Source: Squalus acanthias
Lineage: Eukaryota
Assembly: GCA_030390025.1 (NCBI GenBank)
Contig: CM059433.1
Span: 11,038,001-11,102,000 of the forward strand
Direction: 5' to 3'
Length of the DNA stretch: 64,000 bases
The position numbers and the translations under genes are program-made. Positions 51,622 through 63,730 of this stretch are shown in pieces. The notes below the pieces were generated by a model. It ran no database searches, was not told the DNA's origin, and saw nothing but the letters and a program-made list of their open reading frames with translations. The stretch's first letter is position 1; each line of letters opens with the position of its first letter.

Positions 51622-51984
51622 ACCCTCCCTATCTCTGTAATCTCCTTCAGCCCCACAACCCCCCGAGGTATCTGCGCTCCTCTAATTCTGCCCTCTTGAG
51701 GATCCCTGATTATAATCACTCAGCCATTGGTGGTCGTGCCTTCTGTTGCCTTGGCCCTAAGCTCTGGAATTCCCTGCCTAAACCTGTCCGCCTCGCTACC
51801 TCTCAATCCTCCTTTAAGACGCTCCTTAAAACCTACCTCTTTGACCAAGCTTTTGGTCACCTGCCCTAATTTATCCTTATGTGGCTCAATGTCAAATTTT
51901 TTGTCTTAAAATACTCCTGTGCAGCGCCTTGGGACGTTTTACTACATTAAAGGCACTATATAAATACAAGTTGTTGTTGTTGTT
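51622..51984 (+). mobile_element. L2 3' end
   Basis: PPYLCNLLQP..YLRSS..GGRAF..LWNSLP; (GTT)n tail. Confidence 0.9.
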
Positions 51985-52765
51985 ACGCTGTAGTTTTACT
52001 TTATTTTTTTAAAGAAAGAGTCCACTAAATTGTCGATTCGTGGGTATTGAAAGGCCATTTGTTATCATTTGCGAGGTGGAGACGTGTTTGTTTTTCAGGC
52101 TGTTGGCTGGCGAGTTGAAGACTGGCTTACGGCCTCCGTTTCCTCCTGCTTTTTTTGTTTAATTACTATCCCTGCCACCCGGGACCGCATTTGTTTATTG
52201 TGATAAGTCAGTATAATGAACAAATGACCCTGCCACCTGGAGCACTTAGAGGCTGCTGTTAAACTCGAGCCGTAAAAACTCTCCTTGGGCTATTGATTCA
52301 CTTGGTGTTTGATTATACTCTGGGGGCAGGTGACAAGCTTGACTGAAGCTCTTAGTGTTTCACAAGACTGTTACATAAAGCTAATAAATCTTGGCTAGAT
52401 TAATTCAGTGTCTTAAAAACTGCTCGAGATTTCCATTCACTGCCACAATTGGAGGACGCTGCAACATTAAATATTTATCTGTCATTCAAAGAAAAGCTTT
52501 TGCGGATATCTGTCCTATCTCCTAACAGCTGTCCTTCATATCTAGAATGTTCGTTTTTTTTTGTTTTGTTAGGTCAAGGTTCAAAGGTGCTTAAAGTAGA
52601 CCTTTCAAAGGAACAATAATTTTTTGGGGCGAGTTAATGAATAATAACCATGTGTGCCCATTGTCACAACATCAGTGCTATCAGGTTTACTCACTACTTA
52701 TGACGTGTTGATGCAATAAACCCTCTCTATAAAACCATTTTTGGTAGCCTCACAAAAGACATAAC

Positions 52766-53536
52766 GGGCCGTATTTTGCCACCCCCACGGGTGCGTACGA
52801 GGTGCGCACGCGCCCGTAGGGGCCGCGAAAAGTCCCGGGTTTAGGCGCGCGAAGCTCGTGCGCTGAAACCCGGCACTTGCGATCGGTCAAGAATCCTCTT
52901 GACAGACCCTCCGCATCCCCGGGAGACGGGCCTCCGCGGGGGGAGAGTTGCGCTGTTTGCCCAACTTCCGCCCGCTGAAAACCCGTGAAATTCTTACACC
53001 TGGTAAAAAACAGGCGTAAACCTTGCTTTTACCAGCATAAGAGTTTTAAAAAATAGAAAAATTTAATTTTATCACTCACTTATACATTAAAAATCCTGTC
53101 CAATGAGGTAAGTTTATTTTTAGCCCCGTTAAAACCTATACATTTTTCTGTCAAAAAATTTAATTTTTGTTTAAAATATTTAATTAAATGCCATTTTAAT
53201 TAATTTTGTATATGTAATTTAATTTTTTTAAATTTCATGTATTAGTGTATTTTTTAAGTCATCTCCATTCATACTTACGGGAGTTCCGTACGTACAGAAC
53301 TGTCAAAAGTATGAATGGGGATTCCCTTCTTTCATTGGTTGGGCCGCTCCACGTGATCCCAGGGGCGCTTGCGAACCGCCTGCGTTCCTGGGATACCTGG
53401 GCCTCTGCGCATTTCTACCAGGAGAGGCCCAGGATCGTGAGCCTCCGTAACTCCCGGACCACCAGGTAAATGCGTAGAAAATTTGCTGATCGGAGGAATC
53501 CGGCCCGCGGGAAGCCTCGATCGCAAATCCAGGCCC
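52766..53536 (-). mobile_element. Structured Harbinger-type MITE (opposite orientation)
   Basis: Termini gggccgtattttgc / gcaaatccaggccc; homologous to 16775, 14100, 60942 and 62145. Confidence 0.85.
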
Positions 53537-53961
53537 AAAGCAAGATACGTTTTATGTAGTTTCTCTGCAAAAGGGGTGCAATAAATAGTACGTTCTTTTC
53601 TCAGATACTGTAACCAATTAAATTAAAAATGGGCTTCATTCATGAATACCCAAATTTAGAACTATGGAGTACTTGGGATTTTAGATGCACCCTCCCTTTC
53701 ACAATGCATATATACAGCAGACCAAGATGCCCCCTTCTCCCTCAGGCAGACCCCATGAACTGATAACAGCATCTCTATGCCACAGGGAAATAGGCAATCG
53801 GGGAGGACATTAACTGGCCATGTACACCAAACGTACAGGAAAATTTGCCGCATGAAGTAAGTCCGTGTGCTCTTTGCAACTTTGAATTTGTACAATTCCA
53901 GTGCATTTTGTCCGAGTGTCCGCGTTCACGGGCCTGCATCGGCAAAGAAAAGATCAGAAAC

Positions 53962-54485
53962 ATGGGAAGGGGTTGGATCGGGTGGATGCGGGGAGGATGT
54001 TCCCGATGACGGGTGAGACTAGAACTAGGGGACATAGTCTTAGAATAAGGGGCTGTTCTTTCAAAACTGAGATGAGGAGGAACTACTTCACTCAGAGGGT
54101 GGTAGGTCCATGGAATATGCTGCCACAAAAAGTTGCAGAAGCTACATCATTAAATAAATTTAAAACAGAAATAGACAGTTTCCTAGAAGTAAAGGGCATT
54201 AAGGGTTACGGGGAGCGGGCAGGAATTTGGACATGAGTCTAGGTTCGGATCGGTCATGGCCCTGTGGGTAGTGGAGCGGGCCCAGGGACCTGTGTAGCCT
54301 GATTCTGCTCCTATTTCGTGTGTGCAATTCTGTTAGATGCAGGAGATGGTTCTGTGATAGTAGATAGTAGATTGGCGGTTAGGATCAGATCAGCCATGAT
54401 CTTATTGAATGGCGGAGCAGGCTCGAGGGGCCGATTGGCCTACTCCTGCTCCTATTTCTTATGTTCTTATGTTCTTATGTTCTTA
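53962..54485 (+). mobile_element. CR1 3' end with doubled 3' UTR
   Basis: KGLDRVDAGRMFP..TRGHSLRI..FTQRVV; (ttcttatg)n tail. Confidence 0.9.
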
Positions 54486-56015
54486 AAGCCAACCGAGCTA
54501 CTGCTACCTAACTGCTGTCGGCAGGGGGCCCGGGAACAGGTGGGAAGTCGGCCAGCGGGATTTAAACGAGACCCGGGAGTTAAAATAATTCGGACATCAT
54601 TTCGAGAGCAGCGGGTGCGTTTCTAACGTACCCTCGCTGGTCACCCATCCAGAGCTAAAATCAGGCCTCAGATTAGTGTAGATTGAGAAGATTGGAGCTT
54701 TTTTCTGTGGCAAAGAGAAGAATAAGGGGCAGAATACCAATCAGGATAATTGCAGAAGACAGCTTTGTTTAAATGTCTTTTTTTCCCTGTGAAAACAGAT
54801 CACTGATCCAATATATTGTGTCTCAGCTACTCCAAACCCTCATTCCAGATTCCTTGTTAAAAGCGGGAATCTCCTTTGAAGAGAGATTACTGCGCATGAG
54901 GTCCTCACTGCTAAATATCAGCCTGCATGATAATGGTAACAATCAAGGCTGCTACAATTGATCATCTACCGAGAAAGGTCAAATAATCTTTAAATCCATC
55001 CATCTCCACAAGTGATAAATTATGTTGCTCTATAGCCAGGGGCTGAAAATCTACAGCTCTTCCAACAAGAGTGTGCTGGATGGAAGGGCCGGAGATTATG
55101 CCAGGGCCTGGATACACTGGATCCAGGCATTATATCCGTTTTTCCCTGAGGTCTTCAAAGGGGTGGAGTCTCAACCCACTCCTAACAAGGCCATGATGCA
55201 GAAGGAAGCAGGGCTGGGAGCAAGGGCTTCCAATGCCAAAGGTTCTCCCTGGCCTTCAAAAAGGCTCTGCATCAACAGCAGTATTCCTGCTGAGACCAGG
55301 TACCCTTTGAGGACAGAGGCCACCTCGGTCCCACTGGGAGGTCCAGATCCAGGAGTTGGCCTGGACTCCTGAAGATCTCCAACATTTTTCAGTGTTTTTC
55401 AACCCCTTTACAAAGGGAGCAAATTTTTATTTTCTGGGATGGGCCAGCATTCCCCTCCCTCCTGGAATTCCTGGCCGTCTACGCAGGACAGGCGGGCAAA
55501 ATATGCCTCGAGTTGCACAGGCACCCGTGACCCCGTGAACTTTTGGCAGGATCAGCAGCAGATGCGCTTCCCCTCTCCCAAAGAGAGTTTTGCCCTGAGG
55601 GTCTTTTGTGCACCTCGTCAACATTCATGCAAGCAATAAAATAATATACATCTGAACTTTAATTGACTCCTCTTGGGAACCCTACCCCCACTCCCACCCC
55701 CAGCCAGTCATTCACCCAGTCTACTAAATGGATTAACAGGGGGCTGCAAAATATGTTGGATATGACAGCAAATTCAATTTCATTACAGTAAATGTAGTGA
55801 GCACTTACATTTATTATGAATGCCATTTTGTGAAAGAGTAATGATGGAATATTGACAGAGAAATCAACCTGTTAATTGACATTGATCTCCAACTCCTTTC
55901 CACACTGTTTTCAGCCATTTGTCTGACCTGTGTTAAAGAAGGAGTGGTAGTCTTTCATTTCACCTGACTGATGTAATCGTTGAGAATTACATTGAACAAA
56001 GGAGACTGGCTTCAA

Positions 56016-58262
56016 GGGGGGGAAATTGGGTATCGCCCCGTCTGGGGCGCTAAGCTGTGAAATTTTGAAAATTTAGCGCCAGGCGCTAAGGATTCTGAAC
56101 CTCTACTAAATTGGGTGTTAGCGCCCCAGGAAGGAAGTGGGGCGCTAAATCAAGCGCTAATGACCTCAGTGGGGTGCTACAGGGGCGTTACCAGCAGAGC
56201 GCTAATGAATTTCAGGTGCAATGTATTCAGCAATGATCCTTCACACTGGTTCCTTCCAGCTCTTAAAGGGGAGGTTGCATTATTGTGCAAATGCTCATTT
56301 TCAGCATTGCTGGCTTTGAGGCGACCTGCGAGCGAGTGAATCCCCTGATGGCTGTGGCTGTTCCCAATTCCAGGGAGAGAGCTCGTCAGTTCACAGACGT
56401 GGCATTGGAGGCGGGAGTGGAACGAAGGAGGGCAATGCTGTTCCTGGCCACTGGAAGGAGGCCATTGCCCCAGGTCTTCAGGGCAATGTGGAGGGAAGTG
56501 GCCCAGGAGGTCTCGGCTATTCAGCCTGCGCCTCACAACCAACCTGACGACTCCCAGTGATGCAGAGACACAGAGTGTCCACAGCGCCTGGTCTGCACGC
56601 AAAGCCTCTATAATCAGCACCTGTGAAGAGACGCTCGGTCACTCGACCAGGAAACACCAAGACTGGTTCGACGAGAACAACCAGGAGATCCAGGAGCTAA
56701 TAAGCCGCAAGCGCACGGCATTCCTGATCTGGAAACAGCAACACAACTCGAGAGCAAGAAAGCATCTCTACAGATGCCTGAAGGCCGAGGTCCAACAAAA
56801 AACTCGCGACCTAATGAACAGATGGTGGGTGGAGAAAGCGCAGGAGATCCAGCAGCTAGCCAATAACCACGACATGCGTGGATTCTTTAGCGCAGTCAAG
56901 ACCACGCCCAAGCACCCAAGGTCCTACCCCACTGCGGGCCAAGAACAGAGAGGTACTCATCAAGGACAGGGAGGTAGTCAGTGCCCGCTGGAAGGAGCAC
57001 TTCGAAGATCTCCTTAACCGAGACTCTGTCTTCGACGCGAGTGTCCTCAACTCCATCCCCCAGCATGCTACCCGCCACCACCTCAGCACAACCTCAGTCC
57101 GGCATGAGGTTGAAAAGGCCATCTGACAACTGAAGAACAACAAGGCCTCAGGAGCCGATGGAATCCCTGCCGAGGCACTAAAGCATGGTGAAGAAGCACT
57201 ACTGGCGTGAATTCATGAACTCATTTCTCTTATCTGGAAGGAGGAGAGCATGCCAGGGGATCTCAGAGATGCCGTAATTGTGACCATCTTCAAGAAAGGT
57301 GACAAGTCCGATTGCAGTAATTACAGAGGAGTTTCCCTGCTGTCTGCCACAGGGAAAGTCATCGCAAGAATCCTCCTCAATCGCCTTCTCCCAGTGGCCG
57401 AAGAGCTCCTCCCAGAGTCGCAATGCGGATTCCGCCCACTAAGGGGCACAATGGACATGATCTTCACCACGCGTCAATTATAAGAGAAATGCAGGGAACA
57501 GCACCAACCGCTGTACATGGCCTTCTTTGACTTCACAAAGGCCTTCGACACCATCAACCGCGAGGGATTATGGAGTGTCCTCCTCAAATTCGGCTGCCCT
57601 CAAAAGTTTGTCACCATCCTCCGCCTGCTTCACGACGACATGCAAGCCATGATCCTGACCAACGGTTCCACCACAGACCCAATTCACATACTGACCGGGG
57701 TCAAGCAAGGCTGTGTCATCGCACCAACGCTCTTTTTGATCTTCCTTGCTGCAATGCTCCATCTCACCCTCAGTAAGCTCCCCGCTGGAGTGGTGCTAAT
57801 TTACAGAACAAACGAGAAACTGTTCAACCTCCGTCGCCTCCAGTCTAGATCCAAGGTTGTCCCATCATCTGTCATCGAATTACAGTGGTTGTGCACAGCC
57901 TGACACAGTGCCGGAAGAAATTCAGCGACCTCAGTCGGGTGGTCAAGGTGAGTACACGCTTCAACAGGTCCTACATACCAGCATCTAAATGGCCCCAATG
58001 CATTCGCCTTTTTAGGCTGTAGTCTCAGTCAAAGCCCCAGAAAAGGTTTGGCATCCATTTTGGGTCTCTTCTGCCACCTTTTAGTCCCCCGTTGCCTCTT
58101 CCGGTGTTGCAGCGGCAGTTCTGTTGAAACATCCTAGGGATTCTTCTCCCTCTTGGAGACGGGAATCACGCCAGCAGTCCGCCCGCATGGAAAACGACTT
58201 CCGATGTAGGAAAATGGGTCAGGGTTGAATTGTTCCAGGGCAGTGGGTGAAAATCCTACCCT
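56016..58262 (+). mobile_element. Harbinger derivative with Myb/SANT exon, interrupted by RTE
   Basis: RERARQFTDVALEA..MWREVAQEVSA (56349-56535) continues as QCRKKFSDLSRVVK then gtgagt (57905-57953); right boundary uncertain. Confidence 0.7.
56538..57886 (+). mobile_element. RTE internal fragment (no 3' end)
   Basis: DWFDEN, KASGADGIPAE, NYRGVSLLSATGK, ESQCGFR, DFTKAFDTINR, GVKQGCVIAP; stops just before YADD. Confidence 0.92.
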
Positions 58263-58851
58263 ACCATGATACTGTAACAGAGAGGGGAATCCTGTCTATA
58301 GGGTCTTGGCTGTTGTTCAATACAAGCAAATAAAGGCCTTCAAACTGTGGATATCCTTGCAACCCACAATCACCTCTGTTCTACAATCTATAAGCTTTAC
58401 AATATCCACATTTGGTGTCAACCAAATGCTACTTTTGGGACAGATAAAGTTAAGTTGCATGTCAATTCCAAATAAAAAAAGGCAAAATAAATCTGCTGAA
58501 TATTTAAATTCTACATGAGAAACAAAGGAAATGACACAAAATTGTTGTTACTTTTTGCTAATGAAAGTTGCATTGTATCTCCATTATTCTCACTGAAGTG
58601 GAAGTCAATGTGACAATGACTCATTACTCCGACATTATTCATTGTTTTAACATTAGCTGCAGTTTCTATTTTGCTCATGGTTAATTTTGGTAACACTTGT
58701 CAATTAAGACGTAAGCTTTCGAAATGCATTAAATCCTTGTTCAACAGAGTTCATATGCGAGTATCAGTGGCCATTATATTATTACTGTAAATTTATTGAA
58801 CGATACTGGCAGTTGATTACTGGGAGGTTTTATGTTAACTCTGTATAACTC

Positions 58852-59335
58852 CGATGAGACGTTAAACCGAGGCCCCGTCTGCTCTCTCAGGTGGATGTAA
58901 AAGATCCCATGGGCACTATATCGAAGAAGAGCAGGGGAGTTATCCCCGGTGTCCTGGACAATATTTATCCCTCAATCAACATAACAAAAACAGATATTAG
59001 ATATATTTCTTAAGGCTAAAGGGATCAAGGGATACGGGGAGAAGGCAGGGACAGGGTACTTAATTTGGATGATCAGCCATGATCTCATTGAATTGCGGAA
59101 CATGCTCGAGGGGCCGAATGGCCTACTCCTGCTCCTATCTTCTATGATTCTATGATTCTATGATCTGGTCATTATCACATTGCTGTTTGTGGGAGCTTGC
59201 TGTGTGCAAATTGGCTGCCGCGTTTCCCACAATACAACAGTGACTACACTTCAAAAAGTACTTCATTGGCTGTAAAGCACTTTGGGAAGTCCGGTGGTCG
59301 TGAAAGGCGCTATTTAAATGCAAGTCTTTCTTTTC
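58852..59335 (+). mobile_element. 5'-truncated DeuSINE interrupted by a CR1 tail (~58995-59162)
   Basis: SINE halves rejoin at acagat/atctggtc; insert ends in (ctatgatt)n. Confidence 0.85.
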
Positions 59336-59740
59336 TGTAATTAAACAAAATGTCCAGGTATAAATGAATGTCTCATTGTACAGAATAATAATGTGAACTA
59401 GACTATTAAATGGCATTATGAATCAAACGGTATCTTTGAAACACATGGGGGTAAAAAAAAAATTCTTGAACGGTATTGCATCGGCCACCTGTTATACGCC
59501 CTGCTTGATATACAGTTCCATTACAGTAAATGGAACTGAGCATCGAGCGGGAAGTACAATGGGCGTCCAATACGATACTGTTCGTTTTGCGATACCACCT
59601 AAGACCAATTTTACCCACATGGAACACAGAAAAGGGCTACAGTGAGTTGAAATATCCTGGAGGATTTGTACACGGGATCAAAATAATAGTGAACGGAAAG
59701 CCAACTATTTCTTTTTAATTCATTCTAGGGACGTGGATGT

Positions 59741-59933
59741 CGCCCCAAAATTCCTGGGCCTCTGTTCTGCTCGACACCTTTCCCCACCCCACCTGTTTGA
59801 TGTAGGAGGGCAGGCGGAAGATCTGCCCAGGGCTCCTCAGTGGAGCCTGGATCCATCCCATTTTCTGCCCCCCCCCCCCCCTCCAGGTGTAACTGCTACT
59901 TCTGTCCTCTCCGGCCCCAGCAATTTCGGGGCC
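59741..59933. mobile_element. Small MITE
   Basis: cgccccaaaattcctggg / cccagcaatttcggggcc; flanks tgt/tat. Confidence 0.6.
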
Positions 59934-60941
59934 TATATTACTGTTTATTTGCAGAGATATTTGCAGAGCTAAAACAAAGATCGGGAAAGTCTGATTTGGA
60001 GATGCTAAATGAATTAACAGCACAAATATTCTCAACACTTCCAGTAATTTAAGCTATAACCCTTAAGGACTCTGAACAAATTGCTAACTTTTCCAAGTGG
60101 ACTTTCGCTGCAGGTTTTATCTTGGATTTCTTGTCTTCCAGACATACATTTTCGCAGTAGATGCCTTCAGTTATGCTCCCAATATGTTTGCTGCAGCTTT
60201 CGTTGTCTTTTCACACTGCTGAGCAATTGCAGTGCAGGGTGACTATTCACATCGATCAACTCCAGTGCCGGACAAACGGAAGCCATCCCTCAGTCAGCAG
60301 TCGCATTGTTCAGTGGTCCCCTAGGCAACAGAGAACTACAATCACAAGAGGAGTGAAAATCCATGACTGACAAGCAGACTACCTATACTTAGCAGGTTAG
60401 GTAGTCTGCCTGACTGGTAGCGTGGCCATAAACAATAGATTAAGCACTCTGTCTGACAGTCAGACTGTATGCAATAGATTAAACACCCTGCCTGATGAGT
60501 AGACTGACAATGTGCTGTAAATGAGGTACCCTACCTGACAGGTACACTGACCGCATGCACTAAATTAGCAGCACTGCATGATAAACCCTGCCAGATAGCA
60601 AGAGAGCAAATTTCAAGCGATTTGTAATCATCATCTGAACTCCCAAGATGAAACTACTACCTGGAAGTAACTCACACGTGCGTCTTCTTTTAATAATGCA
60701 GTGCGCACAGTGCAATTGTTAGTGTAAATTTATTGCCGTTCTCACTCTGTTTCGCCAATAGTGAGTGTCAGTGTGGACACCAATAGCTAGCGTACTCCCT
60801 GATATTAATGTGTGATGACACCGTCATTGAAGAATGAATAATTACAGCCTAATCATTACAAATTAATTGTGATTATCCACAGTTATTTTTCAGAAAATAT
60901 TGTAGATACTAATGGTGTTATTTTCAGGTAATCTATTCATT

Positions 60942-61706
60942 GGCCCAGAAATTAGACTCCCTGGCTTCCCGCGAGTGCAATGATCATGCGTGCACCTACC
61001 TACCGCGCCTGCCATTGACCTCTGGGCCCACGGGGACTTCAGCTCCTGGGCCTCCTGCAGCTGCCGGCGCGCAGTGCTTGTGTATCCCAGGGGCGCAGTT
61101 AGTGCGATGCATCCCCTGGGATCATGTGGGCCTTGGAGAGCCAATGGCAGCAGACCATCTTTCATTCATAGATTTGACAGGAAGACCTGTCAAATCTGTG
61201 AATTGAAATCAGCCCTAAAACAACACCTAAACTTCAAATAAATTTTAAAAAACATCACATTTTTAAAATAACTATAAGTTAAATAAATTAACTACCTTAA
61301 ACAAAAATTTAAATTTTTGACAAAATTAAAATACTTTTTAACAGTGCTAAAAATAAACTTACCTTTCTTTAAAGTATCTAAAAAAGATAAACCTGTTGAA
61401 ATTTTTTTTAAATTGTAATTAATTAACCACTTACCTTGTTAAAAATGGGTCCTGCGCCTCCTTTTTAAAAGTGCAGCTTCTTCCATACTTACCCTCCCGG
61501 AGAAACCTGAAAAAAAAAACCTAAGTTCGCTGCGTGCGCGCTGCCTCTACCGCGCACGCGGTTCACCTCTCAACCCCTCCCTTCACGAGACCGGAAGTTC
61601 CGGTTTCCCGTGCATGCGCAGTGCATGCAGGAAACCGGCACTTCAGGAGGCCTTACGGGTGAGTACACAGCGCGTACTCACCCGGCAAGTGCCGAATTTT
61701 TGGCCC
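60942..61706 (+). mobile_element. Structured Harbinger-type MITE
   Basis: TSD att/att; termini ggcccagaaatt / aatttttggccc. Confidence 0.9.
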
Positions 61707-61827
61707 ATTATTCTTCAATCTTTTATCCTCCATTTAGCTCCTCCACTGTTTGACGGGGCCAACTCATTATTGGTGTCTCATCCAAGTAACCAATCTTTAT
61801 GATCAAGTGCTTAAAGGTACTATCTGA

Positions 61828-62114
61828 AAGAAGAAGAAAGACTTGCATTTATATAGCATCTTTCATGACCACCGGATGTCTCAAAGCGCTTTACAGCCAA
61901 CAAAGTACTTTTGAAGTGGAGTCACTGTTGTAATGTGGGAAATGCAGCAGCCAATTTGCGCACAGCAAGCTCCCACAAACAGCAATGTGATAATGACCAG
62001 ATAATCTGTTTTTGTTATGTTGGTTGAGGGATAAATATTGGCCAGGGACACCAGGGATAACTCCCCTGCTCTTCTTCAAAATAGTGCCATGGGATCTTTT
62101 ACGTCCACCTGAGT
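61828..62114 (-). mobile_element. DeuSINE 3' half
   Basis: Reverse complement of the 27100-27395 region. Confidence 0.88.
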
Positions 62115-62144
62115 GGTACAATATTAAGTCATACAGATCAGAAT

Positions 62145-62907
62145 GGGCCAGAAATTCAGCTTTCAGGCTTCCTGCGGGTGCAAGCATCGCGCGCGTACTT
62201 GCCTACCGCGCCTGCAGTTGTGCTTTGGGCCCACGAGGACTTCGGGTCCTGGGCCTCCTCCAGATGCCGGCGCGCAGTGCTTGTGTATCCCAGGGGTGCA
62301 GTTAGTTCGAAGAGTCCCCTGGGATCACGTGGGCCATGGAGAGCCAATCCTAGCAGGGCATTTTCATTCATAGATTTGACAGGAAGACCTGTCAAATCTA
62401 TGAATAGAGATCGGCCCAAAAACCACACTTAAACTTCAAATAAATTTTAAAAAACGTCACATTTTTAAAATAACTATAAGTTAAATAAATTAACTACTTT
62501 AAACAAAAATTAAAATTTTTGAAAAAATTAATTATACTTTGTAACGGTGCTAAAAATAAACTTACCTTTCTTTAAAGTATCTAAAAAAGATAAACCTGTT
62601 GAAAATTTTTTTAAATTGTAATTAATTAACCACTTACCTTGTTAAAAACAGGCCTTGTGCCTCCTTTTTAAAAGCGCAGCTTCTTCATACTTACCTTCCC
62701 GGAGAAACCTGAAAAAAAAATTGAAGTTCACTGCGTGCGTGCAGCCTCTCCCACGCACGCGTTCGACTTCTGAACCCCTCCCTTCAGGGGAACAGAAGTT
62801 CCGGTTTCCCACGCATGTGCAGTGCATGCCGGAAACCGGCACTTCAAGTGGCCTTACGGGTGAGTACACAGCGCGTACTCCCCCGACAACAGCCGAATTT
62901 CTGGCCC
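62145..62907 (+). mobile_element. Structured Harbinger-type MITE
   Basis: 17-bp TIRs gggccagaaattcagct / agccgaatttctggccc; TSD aat/aat. Confidence 0.92.
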
Positions 62908-62977
62908 AATGTTTTTGGTTCATTTTTTGTGTTGTTTTAATTGATTTCAAATCGGGACAGCAGGTAAGGTGCTCCAA

Positions 62978-63170
62978 TTGATCTCAGCATTCCAGCATTA
63001 GGGAGGGGGAAATCAGCCAGGATTCCCACTTCTGATTGCTAGCGTGTAAACTCTTCTGTTAGCGCATTCGTGTAGAAATCGGGTGAGGACAGAATTACCG
63101 GAAGGATGTGTTGGAATTTTACCCCAGCAAAGAGTCTTCAGGAGTGGCGAGGTGAGAGGAAAATTGATGA
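62978..63170 (+). mobile_element. Old unclassified SINE-like repeat
   Basis: tgatctcagc..agggaggggaaatcagccagg..gggtgaggacag..cttcaggag. Confidence 0.55.
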
Positions 63171-63730
63171 GGAAGAAACAGTATGAATGTTGGCAGACTG
63201 TTCAATTCTGAGGGCTTCACAATAACCGAGGCTTGTTGGCTCAGGGGGCATTGAACTTCCCTTACTGCTATCCCATCTGAGACCAGCTAGCCGAGGACAG
63301 ATCAGGGATTGAAGTGATCTATTTTTAATTTCTTAAGTGAAAATCCATTATTAAAAAGATGTCCTCCCATCTTTGGTAGACTAAATGACTCTGCAAAATA
63401 TTGCAAGTTTCTTTTAAGGGAACAAACTGCGAACTTTTTCAATGATATTTCGTCATTTCACTTCTCCGACCCATCATCTGCAATTGTAGAAAAATAGTTT
63501 TTAAAATAACATCGAAGTAAAGGAAGCTCCGTAAATGTTTCCATATGTAAGGACTGACGCTTTATTAGGCACTGTGTAACCCCAATTTGAACCTACAGAA
63601 AGGCTGCACACCTTACTTTGATTTCGTCCAAACTGAAGTGCGATTCAGTCACCTTATATCTCATCCTGTCTGACGAGGAAATCTGAGTGAACAGTGTCAC
63701 ATTTAAAAGCACGAAACTTGGACCAAGGCT

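Noticed and set aside
62687..62696. U1 snRNA 5' end (atacttacct)
   Set aside because: Only 10 nt match and the downstream U1 sequence is absent; better read as an antisense splice donor
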